Assembly (NCBI GenBank): GCA_025060395.1 | Contig: JANXCC010000005.1 | Location: forward strand, 7,745-71,744 | Source of the DNA: Candidatus Bipolaricaulota bacterium | GTDB lineage: Bacteria; Bipolaricaulota; Bipolaricaulia; RBG-16-55-9; DRXL01 | Length of the DNA stretch: 64,000 nucleotides | Reading direction: 5' to 3' | In this document: positions 28,269-37,755 of the stretch, one piece after another | Numbering within the stretch: the stretch's first letter is position 1 | Layout of the letters: each line of letters opens with the position of its first letter | The notes under the pieces: model-generated | What the model saw: only the letters and a program-made list of their open reading frames with translations | Database searches by the model: none | Told to the model about the DNA's origin: nothing | Position numbers and translations under genes: made by a program

Positions 28269-29735
28269 TTAGCCCTTCCAATAGCTGTGCACGAACAACA
28301 CAAGCACGGGAAAGATCTCTAAGCGTCCAGCCCACATGAGTACAATCAAGAGCACTTTTGACGTTCCCGGTAGCTCGGCATACGTGCTCATCGGCCCAAC
28401 TATGCCAAAGCCCGGCCCAACATTGCCTAACGTCGCAGCTACGGCGCTGGCGGCCTCAATCACATCTACGTTTAGTCCTGCGCAGGTCACATCCCAGAGC
28501 AAGAGCACACTACCTAAGGCAAAGGTCGTCACATAGACGATCGCAAAGATCGCTACAGCCCGCACGATAGATTCGCTCACGACTCGCCCGCTCACCCGAA
28601 TGGGCAATACTGCTTGAGGATGGATGACGTTACGCGTCTCCCGCACGATGAACCGAAAGACTAACCAAGTCCGAATTACTTTGATCGAGCCGGCCGTGCT
28701 GCCGGCGCATCCTCCAAGAAACATTAGAACGAGCAAGATTATCTTAGCCGCCGGAGCCCACCGCTCAAAATCCGCGCTCGCGTATCCTGTCGTGGTCATA
28801 ATGCTCACGGCTTGGAACGCGCTATGGCGCAAGCCCTCAAGCCCTCCCCCTTCTATGATCCAGAGAGCTAGCGTCGCTCCAAGTAAGAGTGCCCCATAGA
28901 AGCGCACCTCTGTATCGAGTAGGAAGGCGCGCCAATGGCGTCGGGCAAACACCCGATAGATCAAAGCGAAATTCAGTCCCCCTATGGCCATAAACAGCAC
29001 CGTGATCCATTGGGCTGCCCCGGAGAACGTCATAAAGCCGGCATCACGCGTCGAGAACCCCCCCGTTGAGAGCGTGGTGAACGCATGAGCGACCGCATCG
29101 AACCACGAGAGCTTGCCAATCGCGACGAGCATAAGCACGTCGCAAGCCGTCAGACCGACGTAGATGCCCCACAGGAGCCGTGCTGTCTCACGGATGCGCG
29201 GCGTCAATCTTTCGAGCGTCGGTCCTGGGGCTTCAGCGTCCATCAGCTGGGAGCCACCGACCCCGAGCTTGGGCAAGAGCGCCACCGCCAAGACGATAAT
29301 GCCCATCCCGCCGAGCCATTGCGTAAACGCCCGCCATAAGAGCAAGGCCTTAGGCACCCCTTCGACATGGGCGATCACCGTCGCGCCCGTCGTTGTAAAA
29401 CCGCTCATCGCTTCGAAGTACGCGTCAAGAGGGGGCAAGACCCCAAGGAGCACAAAGGGCATCGCCCCCACAAAAGCGACGATGGCCCAAGCTAGCGAGA
29501 CGACCAAGAAGCCTTCGCGAGGGCGAATATCTCGTTCGGTGAACGCCGCGCGCTCCACTGCCCATCCCCCACCTAGAGCAAGAACCCCCGGCACAAGATA
29601 CGGCCACCAAGCTTCATGAGCGAAGATCGCATAGCTTAAGGGCAAGACAAACGTCACGCTGAACCATTTGATCAAACTCCCTACAAGATGGAGCGCTGCC
29701 CGTAGGTCTACGGCGAGATCCCAGCGTCGCATCAT
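28269..29735 (-). CDS. trkH: Trk-type potassium uptake membrane subunit
   Basis: 488 aa polytopic protein with repeated MPM-like segments (TTTGAT, LSTGGFS, TTTGYAS, AATLGNVGPG). Confidence 0.9.
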   Translation of the reverse strand: MMRRWDLAVDLRAALHLVGSLIKWFSVTFVLPLSYAIFAHEAWWPYLVPGVLALGGGWAVERAAFTERDIRPREGFLVVSLAWAIVAFVGAMPFVLLGVLPPLDAYFEAMSGFTTTGATVIAHVEGVPKALLLWRAFTQWLGGMGIIVLAVALLPKLGVGGSQLMDAEAPGPTLERLTPRIRETARLLWGIYVGLTACDVLMLVAIGKLSWFDAVAHAFTTLSTGGFSTRDAGFMTFSGAAQWITVLFMAIGGLNFALIYRVFARRHWRAFLLDTEVRFYGALLLGATLALWIIEGGGLEGLRHSAFQAVSIMTTTGYASADFERWAPAAKIILLVLMFLGGCAGSTAGSIKVIRTWLVFRFIVRETRNVIHPQAVLPIRVSGRVVSESIVRAVAIFAIVYVTTFALGSVLLLWDVTCAGLNVDVIEAASAVAATLGNVGPGFGIVGPMSTYAELPGTSKVLLIVLMWAGRLEIFPVLVLFVHSYWKG

Positions 29736-31042
29736 AGGAGTTTCTCGATCTGATGAGCAGCTTCCTTGGTGCTGAAGACAATAGCGTGATCGCCGGGGCG
29801 GAGGACATCGGCGCCGCGCGGGATGATCACGTGCTGGCCTCGCACAATCGCACCGATTAAGACCCCAGGAGGAAGCTGAGCCTGGGCTAGTTTCTTCCCA
29901 ACGAGGGGGCTGGTAGGAGAGACTTCGATCTCCAGCACTTCGGCACGATCTTGCTCTAAGGAGAGCGATTTCTCGATACGCCCGCGCGTGAACGAGATGA
30001 TCTCTTCGGCGATCAACCGTCGGGGATTGATGGCGATGTCGATCCCGACGCGCTCAAAGATCGCGATAAAGTTGGGATCCTCTACCCGCACGATCACTTG
30101 AGGGACGCCCATACGCTTGAGCAAGAGTCCGCACAGTAAATTGCGTTCATCGACCCCGATAACACTGACGGCGACGTCACACCGAAAGAGCCCTTCACGC
30201 TCTAAGAGTTCTACATCCGTGCCATCGCCGTGGAAGAGAAGGGTATTGGGGAGATTTTCAGCGAGCCAGCGGCTGCGCTCCTCATCGAGCTCGATGAGCT
30301 TGGGCTTGAGCCCACGGGTCTGCAAGATCTGCGCCAACCGAAAGCCGATCCGCCCTCCCCCTACAATCAAGACTTCTTTCACCGCTGGGGAGAGGCTGAG
30401 ACGTCGATTGAACTCGTGGACGGCTTGTGGGGTCCCGATGAGCACAAGACGGTCATGAGCTAAGATCTGATCCTCGCCGCGAGGGATGATCACAGCGTTC
30501 TCGCGGATAATGCTCGCGACGTTACAATCATTAGGAATAGCTGCGTCGCGCAGTCGCAACCCCAGCAACGGCGAGTTCTCTTCCACGACGGTCTCGGTCA
30601 TCAAGATCTTTCCGTCGGCAAACTCATCCGACGCTCGCACACCCCGTAAGCCGATCACGTCAGCAATCGCTTGCGAGGTAATTAATTCTCTGCAGACCAT
30701 CTCGTCTACTCCAAGATAGCCGCGCTTCCACGTCTGGAGATATTCGGCGTCTTGCACGCGAGCAACCGTAATCTTGGCGCCTAGTTGCTTAGCGGCAGCG
30801 CAAGCGACGATGTTCACTTCGTCAATATCGGTGCTGGCGATAGCCAAGTCAGCCCTCTCGGCTCCGGCGTCCTTAAGGGTCTTCAAGCTCGCCCCGTTGC
30901 CTAACACTCCCAGCACGTCCAGCTCTTGCAGGAGCTGGAGTCTGTCTGGGTCCTTTTCGATGACTACGACGTCGTGATCGGTCTGGAGCGCTGCAGCAAT
31001 GCTCCGCCCTACTTCCCCTGCCCCAACGATAATTATACGCAT
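29732..31042 (-). CDS. trkA: Trk system NAD-binding subunit
   Basis: Two RCK-N Rossmann motifs (IIIVGAGEVGRS and VLIVGGGRIGFRL), each followed by an RCK-C domain. Confidence 0.9.
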   Translation of the reverse strand: MRIIIVGAGEVGRSIAAALQTDHDVVVIEKDPDRLQLLQELDVLGVLGNGASLKTLKDAGAERADLAIASTDIDEVNIVACAAAKQLGAKITVARVQDAEYLQTWKRGYLGVDEMVCRELITSQAIADVIGLRGVRASDEFADGKILMTETVVEENSPLLGLRLRDAAIPNDCNVASIIRENAVIIPRGEDQILAHDRLVLIGTPQAVHEFNRRLSLSPAVKEVLIVGGGRIGFRLAQILQTRGLKPKLIELDEERSRWLAENLPNTLLFHGDGTDVELLEREGLFRCDVAVSVIGVDERNLLCGLLLKRMGVPQVIVRVEDPNFIAIFERVGIDIAINPRRLIAEEIISFTRGRIEKSLSLEQDRAEVLEIEVSPTSPLVGKKLAQAQLPPGVLIGAIVRGQHVIIPRGADVLRPGDHAIVFSTKEAAHQIEKLL

Positions 31043-31094
31043 ATAAGACAGTTTAGAGTGAAAAGTTCAAGGCGACAAGTTATACTATCGCCTG

Positions 31095-31913
31095 ATGAGC
31101 TTTCTCGACAAATTGTGTAACGCTGCGCGACAGAATAAGAGCTGGCTCTGTATTGGGCTTGATTCGGAGCTGTCAAAGCTCCCGACGTTCTTGCGCGAGC
31201 GTCATGGTCCTTATGCTGTTTTAGAGTTTAACAGAGCGATCATCGAAGTGACGGCCGATCTCGTCTGCGCGTACAAGCCCAATCTCGCGTTCTATGAGAT
31301 GCTCGGTCCTGTAGGGCTTGAGATCTTGTATAGGACGCGCGAGCTAATCCCAAAAGAGATCCCCATTATTGGGGATGCCAAGCGTGGCGATATTGAAAAC
31401 ACGGCACGAGCCTACGCCCAAGCGCTCTTTGAGTACTATCGCTTTGACGCCGTGACAGTGAACCCCTTGATGGGCTTCGACTCCGTCGCGCCGTTTTTAG
31501 AGTATCTAGACAAATGCACGTTTCTGCTGGTGCGCACCTCCAACCCTGGGGCGCGAGATTTTCAGGAACTAAGCTGTGACGGCAGGCCCTTCTACCAACG
31601 CTTAGCTGAAAAAGCCTGTGAGTGGAACACGCGCAAGAACGTGGGGGTCGTCGTTGGCGCCACGGCTCCCGATCAAGCAGCGACTGTTCGTCAGATTGTT
31701 GGTGACGAGATGCCTATCTTAGTGCCGGGCGTAGGCGCGCAAGCCGGCGATTTAGAAAGAGCTGTCAAAAACAGTGTCAACGCTCAGGGGGAACTCGCAA
31801 TTATCAATGTCTCGCGCAGCGTGCTCTTTGCGTCGCAGAGCGAAGACTTCGCGCAAGCTGCCCGAAAAGCCGCTCAAATCCTACGAGACGCCATCAATCG
31901 CTGGAGAGTTTGA
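31095..31913 (+). CDS. pyrF: orotidine 5'-phosphate decarboxylase (type 2)
   Basis: LCIGLDSEL, KPNLAFYE, IIGDAKRGDI and a length of 272 aa. Confidence 0.9.
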   Translation: MSFLDKLCNAARQNKSWLCIGLDSELSKLPTFLRERHGPYAVLEFNRAIIEVTADLVCAYKPNLAFYEMLGPVGLEILYRTRELIPKEIPIIGDAKRGDIENTARAYAQALFEYYRFDAVTVNPLMGFDSVAPFLEYLDKCTFLLVRTSNPGARDFQELSCDGRPFYQRLAEKACEWNTRKNVGVVVGATAPDQAATVRQIVGDEMPILVPGVGAQAGDLERAVKNSVNAQGELAIINVSRSVLFASQSEDFAQAARKAAQILRDAINRWRV

Positions 31914-33541
31914 GCGTCTCGCCGATTTGGGTTATACTCGCTTACCGTATGAGCAAACCTGGATCGTCTTGCCAAGCTAAACCCTCGAAGACGGAGTCCC
32001 TTGTTCAAGCCATCACCGTAGAGCCGATTCCCTTGACACCCGCTCAACGAACGGCGGTCACCCTGGGCATTATGCTTGGGCTCTTTCTTGGCGCTTTAGA
32101 AGCGACTGTTGTCGGGACAGCTATGCCCACCGTGATTGCCAGCCTTGGAGGGTTGCACATCTATAGTTGGGTTTTCTCCGCCTATGTCTTGACGTCCACA
32201 GTGACAGTGCCGATATGGGGGCGACTCTCTGATCTCTACGGGCGCAAGCGCTTTTTATTATGGGGTATTGCGATCTTTCTGGTCGGGTCAGCGCTCTCTG
32301 GGGCAGCGACGTCTATGACACAGCTTGTGCTCTTTCGAACCATTCAGGGGTTAGGAGCTGGGGCGCTCTTGCCCCTAGGCATGACGCTCATTGGAGAGAT
32401 CTATTCGCTGGAGAAACGCACGCGGATGCAAGGGCTGTTTAGCGGGGTCTGGGGGGTGGCGAGCATTATCGGCCCGCTCCTTGGCGGCTTCATCACAGAT
32501 AATCTTTCGTGGCGTTGGGTTTTTTATATCAATATTCCCTTTGGAATCGCAGCGGCACTCTGCATCGGCTTAGCGCTCGTTGAACCGCAAAATCATCGCA
32601 AGAAGGTCACAGTAGATTATGCGGGAGCCATCACGCTCATTGCGCTCACGACGCTGCTCTTGCTTACGCTAAGCCAGCGGGAGTTGAGTCTGCTCCTCAA
32701 GCTGGGACTCTTTGGAACTTGTGCTCTGTTGCTTGTGCTCTTTGTAGTGCTGGAGCGTCGCGCGCGGGAGCCCATTGTGCCGCTCTCGCTCTTTCGGCAT
32801 CGGATATTCAGCGTCTCATCAGCAAACGGCTTTTTCGTAGGGATGGCGATGTTCGGCTCGCTTTCCTTCATCCCACTCTTTGTGCAAGGGGTCATCGGAA
32901 CAACGGCGACGGAAGCGGGCACGACACTGACCCCCTTCATGCTGTGTTGGGTTGGGTTTTCTATAGTTGGGAGCCGAATGATCGTGAAGATCGGCTATCG
33001 ACCTATGGCGCTGCTTGGGGCGGGCTTGCTTGTGGCGGGCTTTTTAGGGTTGACGACGCTTCATGTTGAAGCCAGTCGCTCGACAGTGATGGGCTACTTA
33101 GCGCTAGCTGGGGCGGGGATGGGGTTCTCGATGGTCACGCTTTTGATCGTTGTGCAGACGTCGGTGCCGCGCGATCAATTGGGGATAGCGACATCGGGGA
33201 CGGTCTTCTTTCGCTCTATTGGGGGCGCAGTTGGGGTTGCTGTAATGGGCGCGGTCTTAAGCGCCCAGATGCAGGCGCAAGCGAATCATGTGCCAGACTT
33301 GGGTAATGTACTCTCTGCAGAGAAGCTCGCGGATCTCTTGCGACACCCCGATGCACTGATCAATCCTACAGCGCGGGCGCAGCTGCCAGCGCCCGTTTTA
33401 GACGTGCTCCAACAGATCTTAGCGACGGCGCTGCATTGGGTCTTTGTCGTGGGACTGATCGTTGCTGTGTTAGCTCTGATCGTGACGCTCTTTCTGCCAG
33501 GGGGCACGGCGCAGGAGCATGGTGGGCGCACGAGGACTTGA
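31910..33541 (+). CDS. MFS drug/H+ antiporter, 14-TMS DHA2 (EmrB/QacA-like)
   Basis: About 14 predicted TM helices, the MFS motif GRLSDLYGRKR, and motif C GPLLGGFI. The start is uncertain (31910 TTG or ATG 31949). The 3' end overlaps the tRNA-Val 3' end by 22 nt. Confidence 0.85.
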   Translation: MSVSPIWVILAYRMSKPGSSCQAKPSKTESLVQAITVEPIPLTPAQRTAVTLGIMLGLFLGALEATVVGTAMPTVIASLGGLHIYSWVFSAYVLTSTVTVPIWGRLSDLYGRKRFLLWGIAIFLVGSALSGAATSMTQLVLFRTIQGLGAGALLPLGMTLIGEIYSLEKRTRMQGLFSGVWGVASIIGPLLGGFITDNLSWRWVFYINIPFGIAAALCIGLALVEPQNHRKKVTVDYAGAITLIALTTLLLLTLSQRELSLLLKLGLFGTCALLLVLFVVLERRAREPIVPLSLFRHRIFSVSSANGFFVGMAMFGSLSFIPLFVQGVIGTTATEAGTTLTPFMLCWVGFSIVGSRMIVKIGYRPMALLGAGLLVAGFLGLTTLHVEASRSTVMGYLALAGAGMGFSMVTLLIVVQTSVPRDQLGIATSGTVFFRSIGGAVGVAVMGAVLSAQMQAQANHVPDLGNVLSAEKLADLLRHPDALINPTARAQLPAPVLDVLQQILATALHWVFVVGLIVAVLALIVTLFLPGGTAQEHGGRTRT

Positions 33542-33594
33542 ACCTCGGACCTCCTGCGTGTGAAGCAGGCGCTCTCCCGCTGAGCTATGCGCCC
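33520..33594 (-). tRNA. tRNA-Val (anticodon CAC), CCA encoded
   Basis: On the minus strand, GGGCGCA-TA-GCTC-AGCGGGA-GAGC-G-CCTGC-TTCACAC-GCAGG-AGGTC-CGAGG-TTCAAGT-CCTCG-TGCGCCC-A-CCA folds into a complete cloverleaf by hand. Confidence 0.95.
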
Positions 33595-33619
33595 TAACAG
33601 TTCACAGTCTATGGTAGAC

Positions 33620-33648
33620 ATATTAGCGCGTCCTGCGCAGACTTTCAA
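33620..33648 (-). promoter_or_regulatory. candidate promoter for tRNA-Val (TTGAAA-17-TAATAT)
   Basis: On the minus strand, the -35 lies at 33648-33643 (overlapping the rng stop codon) and the -10 at 33625-33620, 25 nt upstream of the tRNA 5' end. Confidence 0.5.
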
Positions 33649-34799
33649 GTCTCCTCTTCTTCCTCTAACATGCCAAGCAGGCTCTCTCCCTCCCGCTTCC
33701 GTGTGATCTCCACCAACCCTAACTTCGTGATGTCTACAAAATCCGCAGGCACCCGGTCCTTCTTCAGCTCCTCTTGGAGCTTGCGAAGCACCTTCTCCAG
33801 ATGATCGCGCCGTTTCATGTCGATAAAATCTGCAATGATGATCCCGCTGAGCTTGCGCAATCGTAGCTGTCTTGGGATCTCAACCGCAGCCTCTAGGTTC
33901 GTATTGAGGATCGCCTGCTCCTGGTCTTGATGCCTCACATCACTGCCGGTGTTCACATCAATTGCGGTGAGCGCCTCCGTCTCGGCGATCACTAAGAACC
34001 CTCCGCTGGGCAAGCGTACCCGCGGCTGTAAGCTCTCACGCAGTTGCTCTTCTATTCCCCGTGCCTCAAAGAGCGGTCGCTTCCCTCGATAGAGCTCTAG
34101 ACGATCCACGAACTCCTCCATATGCATGTACGAGAGAAAATCCCTGATCTCTTGATAGACGCGCTCGCTGTCCACTACGACGCGCTTGACGTCTTCGATC
34201 AAGCGATCTCGTAAGAAAGCGCGCACAAGATCCGGCCCACGGTAGAGCAAGGCTGGGGCTTTCACGCGCTGCGCTTGCTCTTCAATCCCCTTCCATGTCC
34301 CCAACAAATAATGAAAGTCTCGCTCGAGATCTTCTTCGGAGGCGCCTTGAGCTGCTGTGCGTGCGATCAATCCCTCGCCTTCGCGCTTCAGTCTCTTGGC
34401 GATTCTCTTGAGGCGCCGGCTCTCATGCTCGTCAGTGATGCGCCTTGAGACCCCCAAGCGTTCGTCGGTGGGCAGGAAGACCCAGTACCGACCAGGAAGG
34501 CTAATCTTCATAGTCCCCTGGGGATTTTTGGTCCCGATTCCCTCGCGCTTCACTTGCAGGATGATCTGTTGGCCGCTCTTGAAGAGTTTCTGGATTTGAG
34601 GGGTCTTGCCCGCGCGATGCTCACGTAAGAAGCTGTCGCTGATCTCCTTGATCGCGACAAAGAGCTTCTCCTCAAGCCCTACGTCGACGAACGCCGCGTT
34701 GATCCCTGGCAGGATATCGCGCACGATCCCTTTGTAAATATTGCCCAAAATGCGCTCGGGATGGTCATAGTGAATCTCCATGAGGCGTCCGTCTTCCAA
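33645..34799 (-). CDS. rng: ribonuclease G/E-family endoribonuclease
   Basis: S1-domain segment GNIYKGIVRDILPGINAAFVDVG and catalytic-core motifs (LVIAETEALTAIDVNTG, IIIADFIDM). Coordinates follow the track (TTG start). Conserved N-terminal sequence continues upstream in frame to 34859; see findings. Confidence 0.85.
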   Translation of the reverse strand: MEDGRLMEIHYDHPERILGNIYKGIVRDILPGINAAFVDVGLEEKLFVAIKEISDSFLREHRAGKTPQIQKLFKSGQQIILQVKREGIGTKNPQGTMKISLPGRYWVFLPTDERLGVSRRITDEHESRRLKRIAKRLKREGEGLIARTAAQGASEEDLERDFHYLLGTWKGIEEQAQRVKAPALLYRGPDLVRAFLRDRLIEDVKRVVVDSERVYQEIRDFLSYMHMEEFVDRLELYRGKRPLFEARGIEEQLRESLQPRVRLPSGGFLVIAETEALTAIDVNTGSDVRHQDQEQAILNTNLEAAVEIPRQLRLRKLSGIIIADFIDMKRRDHLEKVLRKLQEELKKDRVPADFVDITKLGLVEITRKREGESLLGMLEEEEET

Positions 34800-35331
34800 G
34801 AGCGCGATGCGCGTCGTTGGAGCAACCGTCTCGATGAGAATCTCTGTGACCGTAGGGCCTCACCTCCTTGGGATCCGTCAGCTCTTGGAGCAGTTCTGCT
34901 ATCGTCTTGTGCAGGACTGGGTGCACATAGTGTGGGACAAGCTCCGCGAGGGGCACGAGCACGAAGCGTCGTTGATCCAGCTGCGCATGAGGGATCTGAA
35001 GGTCTGGTTCACAAACGATGGCGTGATCGTACAGCAAGATATCTAAGTCGATCTCACGGGGGCCGTACCGCTGGCGCTCATGGCGTCCCAGTTCGCGTTC
35101 GATGCGCTTGCATACCCCAAGCAGCTCGCGGGGGGTAAGATCCGTCTCGATCTCAACGACCGTGTTGAGAAACCACGGTTGGTCTTCTACGCCTACGGGT
35201 TCAGTCTCATAGAGCCCAGCCTGCCGACAGATCTCTATGTGATCGGTGCGAGCGAGGGCACTTATGGCTTGGCGAATCTGCGCTTCACGATGGCCCACAT
35301 TCGAGCCGAGACTAATATAGGCGCGAGCGAT
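34765..35331 (-). CDS. folK: 2-amino-4-hydroxy-6-hydroxymethyldihydropteridine diphosphokinase
   Basis: (I)ARAYISLGSNVG...LYETEPVG...QPWFLN...GPREIDLDIL...RRFVLVPL. The track ORF starts at GTG 35298, inside the conserved GSNVG motif. I extended the 5' end to ATC 35331, a non-canonical start, so the start coordinate is tentative. Confidence 0.8.
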   Translation of the reverse strand: MARAYISLGSNVGHREAQIRQAISALARTDHIEICRQAGLYETEPVGVEDQPWFLNTVVEIETDLTPRELLGVCKRIERELGRHERQRYGPREIDLDILLYDHAIVCEPDLQIPHAQLDQRRFVLVPLAELVPHYVHPVLHKTIAELLQELTDPKEVRPYGHRDSHRDGCSNDAHRALGRRTPHGDSL

Positions 35332-35683
35332 CGCAGATCACCTCCGCAGCGACGGCTCCCAGCGTGACATCCGGGGGCAGAGGAGGATGGAGCTTGCGCA
35401 CGCGCACCCGTATCCGCTGTACCCGAGGAAGATCTCGTAAGATCTTCTCAGCGATGGCCTGAGCTAATGTCTCTATTAAAGAGAATGAGCCCGATTCGTT
35501 CACAGCACGAATCCGCTCGATCACCTCAACATAGTCTACAGTTGCTGAAAGATCGTCTTTTTGAGGGAGATTGAGCTCGAGTTCCACATCGATAGCAAAT
35601 AATTGACCGCGTGCGCGTTCATGCTCGTGCACGCCGTGATGGCCAAAGAGCTGTAAGTTCTCAATGAGGATCTTTACAGAAAT
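35312..35683 (-). CDS. folB: dihydroneopterin aldolase
   Basis: (I)SVKILIENLQLFGHHGVHEHERARGQLFAIDVEL...DDLSATVDYVEV...LIETLA. The track ORF starts at GTG 35632, inside the conserved GHHGV strand. I extended the 5' end to ATT 35683, a non-canonical start, so the start coordinate is tentative. Confidence 0.8.
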   Translation of the reverse strand: MSVKILIENLQLFGHHGVHEHERARGQLFAIDVELELNLPQKDDLSATVDYVEVIERIRAVNESGSFSLIETLAQAIAEKILRDLPRVQRIRVRVRKLHPPLPPDVTLGAVAAEVICDRSRLY

Positions 35684-36932
35684 GTTCCTGTCCTTTCCAC
35701 CGTGCCCGGACTTCGCCTACAAGAAAGAGCGAGCCCGTCACGCAGATGAGATCTCCCCCACGGGCTTGCGTCAGGGCTAATTTTATGGCGCTCTCCGGGC
35801 TTGGTGCAACCGTACACGGCACCCCATCAATCAACGATGCTAAATACTCGGGATCAACCCCACGGAACGAAGCACGCGTGACGATCACGTGATCGGCTAT
35901 GGGGACGATCTCGTGGATCATAGCTGCTGCGTCCTTACGATCTGATATCCCTAGGACTACTATACAGCGCTCGTATTTCAGCGAGGAGAGCGCGGCACGG
36001 AGCGCTCGCATCCCTGCAGGGTTCTTCGCCCCGTCTAGCATAATATAGGGGTTTGTGTGGAGCAGCTCCATCCGTCCAGGCCAGCGCGCTTTGCGCAGTC
36101 CCGCCCGGATCGCGCTCTCCGTGATAGCACGCTCGCCGAGCGCATTCGCAGCTTCGATAGCTAAGACGGCATTCTGCAGTTGATAGTTCCCCAACAGCGA
36201 GATCTCTAAGTCTTGCCAAACACGCCAGTCGAAGCGCTGACCATCCCAACTGTTCGATTTCGCGTGCAGTCTTGAGAGATCAAGCTGAATTAGCCGAGCG
36301 TTCTTCCATCGGCACTCGCGCGCGATCTCCGCCAGCGCTTCTTGCTTATGTTCAGCTGTAATCAGCGTTCCCCCTTCGGAGACGACAGCGGCTTTCTGAT
36401 AGGCGATCTGAGCGATCGTCTTCCCGAGCGAGTCTGTGTGATCGAGCTCGACGTTGGTCAAGACCGAGACCTCAGCAGAGACGATGCGCGTGGCATCGGT
36501 GCGCGCGCCAACCCCGCATTCGATCACGGCCCAGTCGACTTTTTGGGCGCGAAAGTACTCGAGGGCCATCAGCGTCAAGACTTCAAAGAACCGTGCGTAT
36601 CGTTCGCTTTCAGTTCCATAGATCCCTTCGATGACGGTCCAGATGCGCTCAAACTGAGCTTGAAACTCTTCAGGAGAGATTTCTCGGCTATTGACGCGAA
36701 TGCGCTCTTCAGGGTGGACCAGATGGGGCGACGTAAAGAGCCCCACTCGAAAGCCCGCTTCTTGCAGAATCTGGGCTAAGAAGGCGCAGACCGAACCCTT
36801 GCCATTAGTGCCCGCAACGCGAATCGCGCGAAAGCTCTTTTGAGGATCGCCGAGGGCATGTACCACGCGCTCTAGCTCGAGTCCAGAGCCCTTCAGGTTG
36901 TAAAGCTTCTGAAGCATCGCTTCGTAGGTCAT
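35661..36932 (-). CDS. folC: dihydrofolate synthase / folylpolyglutamate synthase
   Basis: Mur-ligase P-loop VAGTNGKGS. 423 aa, positioned upstream of folB-folK. Confidence 0.9.
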   Translation of the reverse strand: MTYEAMLQKLYNLKGSGLELERVVHALGDPQKSFRAIRVAGTNGKGSVCAFLAQILQEAGFRVGLFTSPHLVHPEERIRVNSREISPEEFQAQFERIWTVIEGIYGTESERYARFFEVLTLMALEYFRAQKVDWAVIECGVGARTDATRIVSAEVSVLTNVELDHTDSLGKTIAQIAYQKAAVVSEGGTLITAEHKQEALAEIARECRWKNARLIQLDLSRLHAKSNSWDGQRFDWRVWQDLEISLLGNYQLQNAVLAIEAANALGERAITESAIRAGLRKARWPGRMELLHTNPYIMLDGAKNPAGMRALRAALSSLKYERCIVVLGISDRKDAAAMIHEIVPIADHVIVTRASFRGVDPEYLASLIDGVPCTVAPSPESAIKLALTQARGGDLICVTGSLFLVGEVRARWKGQEHFCKDPH

Positions 36933-37720
36933 AGAGAGATCAATAGGCGGCGCAACGGGCCGAATTCGTAGATAGAGCCGTCATCAGAGACAACATAAAC
37001 TGAAAACTCTTCAAGATCGCTCTGCTGTACCAAGGGCGAGAGCGCCTGCTCTTTGAGCAGATCACTGCCACGCACTAACTGGTTGAACGACGGTAACACT
37101 AACAGATTATATTCCCTGAAAGTCCCTACAAGAAAGCACTTATAGACTTCCGCGCGTCCGGTGACGGGGTCGCGCAAGCCCACAGCAGGGTGTTCATGAC
37201 CGATAATAACCCATTCTATATCCAGGCGGGCCCCCCCCTCCTGTGAGCGAGCCACGGGAGAGGGGTCAGGGGTAAGGACTTCATCCCCATGCACGAACCA
37301 GCACTCTCCCTCACTATAGCTCTTTGTTACTGTGATGTGCTCGCTCTGAAACTGCTGGAGCGAGCCATCGTGATTGCCTTCAACGAGCACGATTTGCTCT
37401 GCCCATCGGGCGAGCCAGCGCAAAAATTCCCCAGACTCTTTGTGTTCGGTGCGCGAGAGCGGCCCAAACTGATGGCGTAGATCGCCATTAATTATTATTT
37501 TCTGTAGCGGCTCCGATGGTGTGACGTGCAGTTCTTGAAAGATGCGCTCTAATCTACCTTGCACTTGAGCGAGATGGTGTCTCGGCACCAAGATGCCCTC
37601 GTCCTTGAGGGCATCTTCGATCCCCAAGTGCACATCAGCGATAGCAAGAGCGCGTTGCCGGGGCAAGAAGAGCGCCAGGTCTACTAGCTCTAGCCCACAA
37701 GTAAGTGATACCGAGCGCAT
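36929..37720 (-). CDS. metallophosphoesterase of the mainly archaeal SbcD/Mre11-related (COG1407-like) family
   Basis: ALAIADVHLG, IINGDLRH, VEGNHD, FVHGDE and IGHEHP motifs. The stop overlaps the folC start (ATGA). The track ORF extends to 37783. Confidence 0.75.
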   Translation of the reverse strand: MRSVSLTCGLELVDLALFLPRQRALAIADVHLGIEDALKDEGILVPRHHLAQVQGRLERIFQELHVTPSEPLQKIIINGDLRHQFGPLSRTEHKESGEFLRWLARWAEQIVLVEGNHDGSLQQFQSEHITVTKSYSEGECWFVHGDEVLTPDPSPVARSQEGGARLDIEWVIIGHEHPAVGLRDPVTGRAEVYKCFLVGTFREYNLLVLPSFNQLVRGSDLLKEQALSPLVQQSDLEEFSVYVVSDDGSIYEFGPLRRLLISL

Positions 37721-37755
37721 TGCACCGATATTGTATCTTAGCGTGAAGCGTGAGA

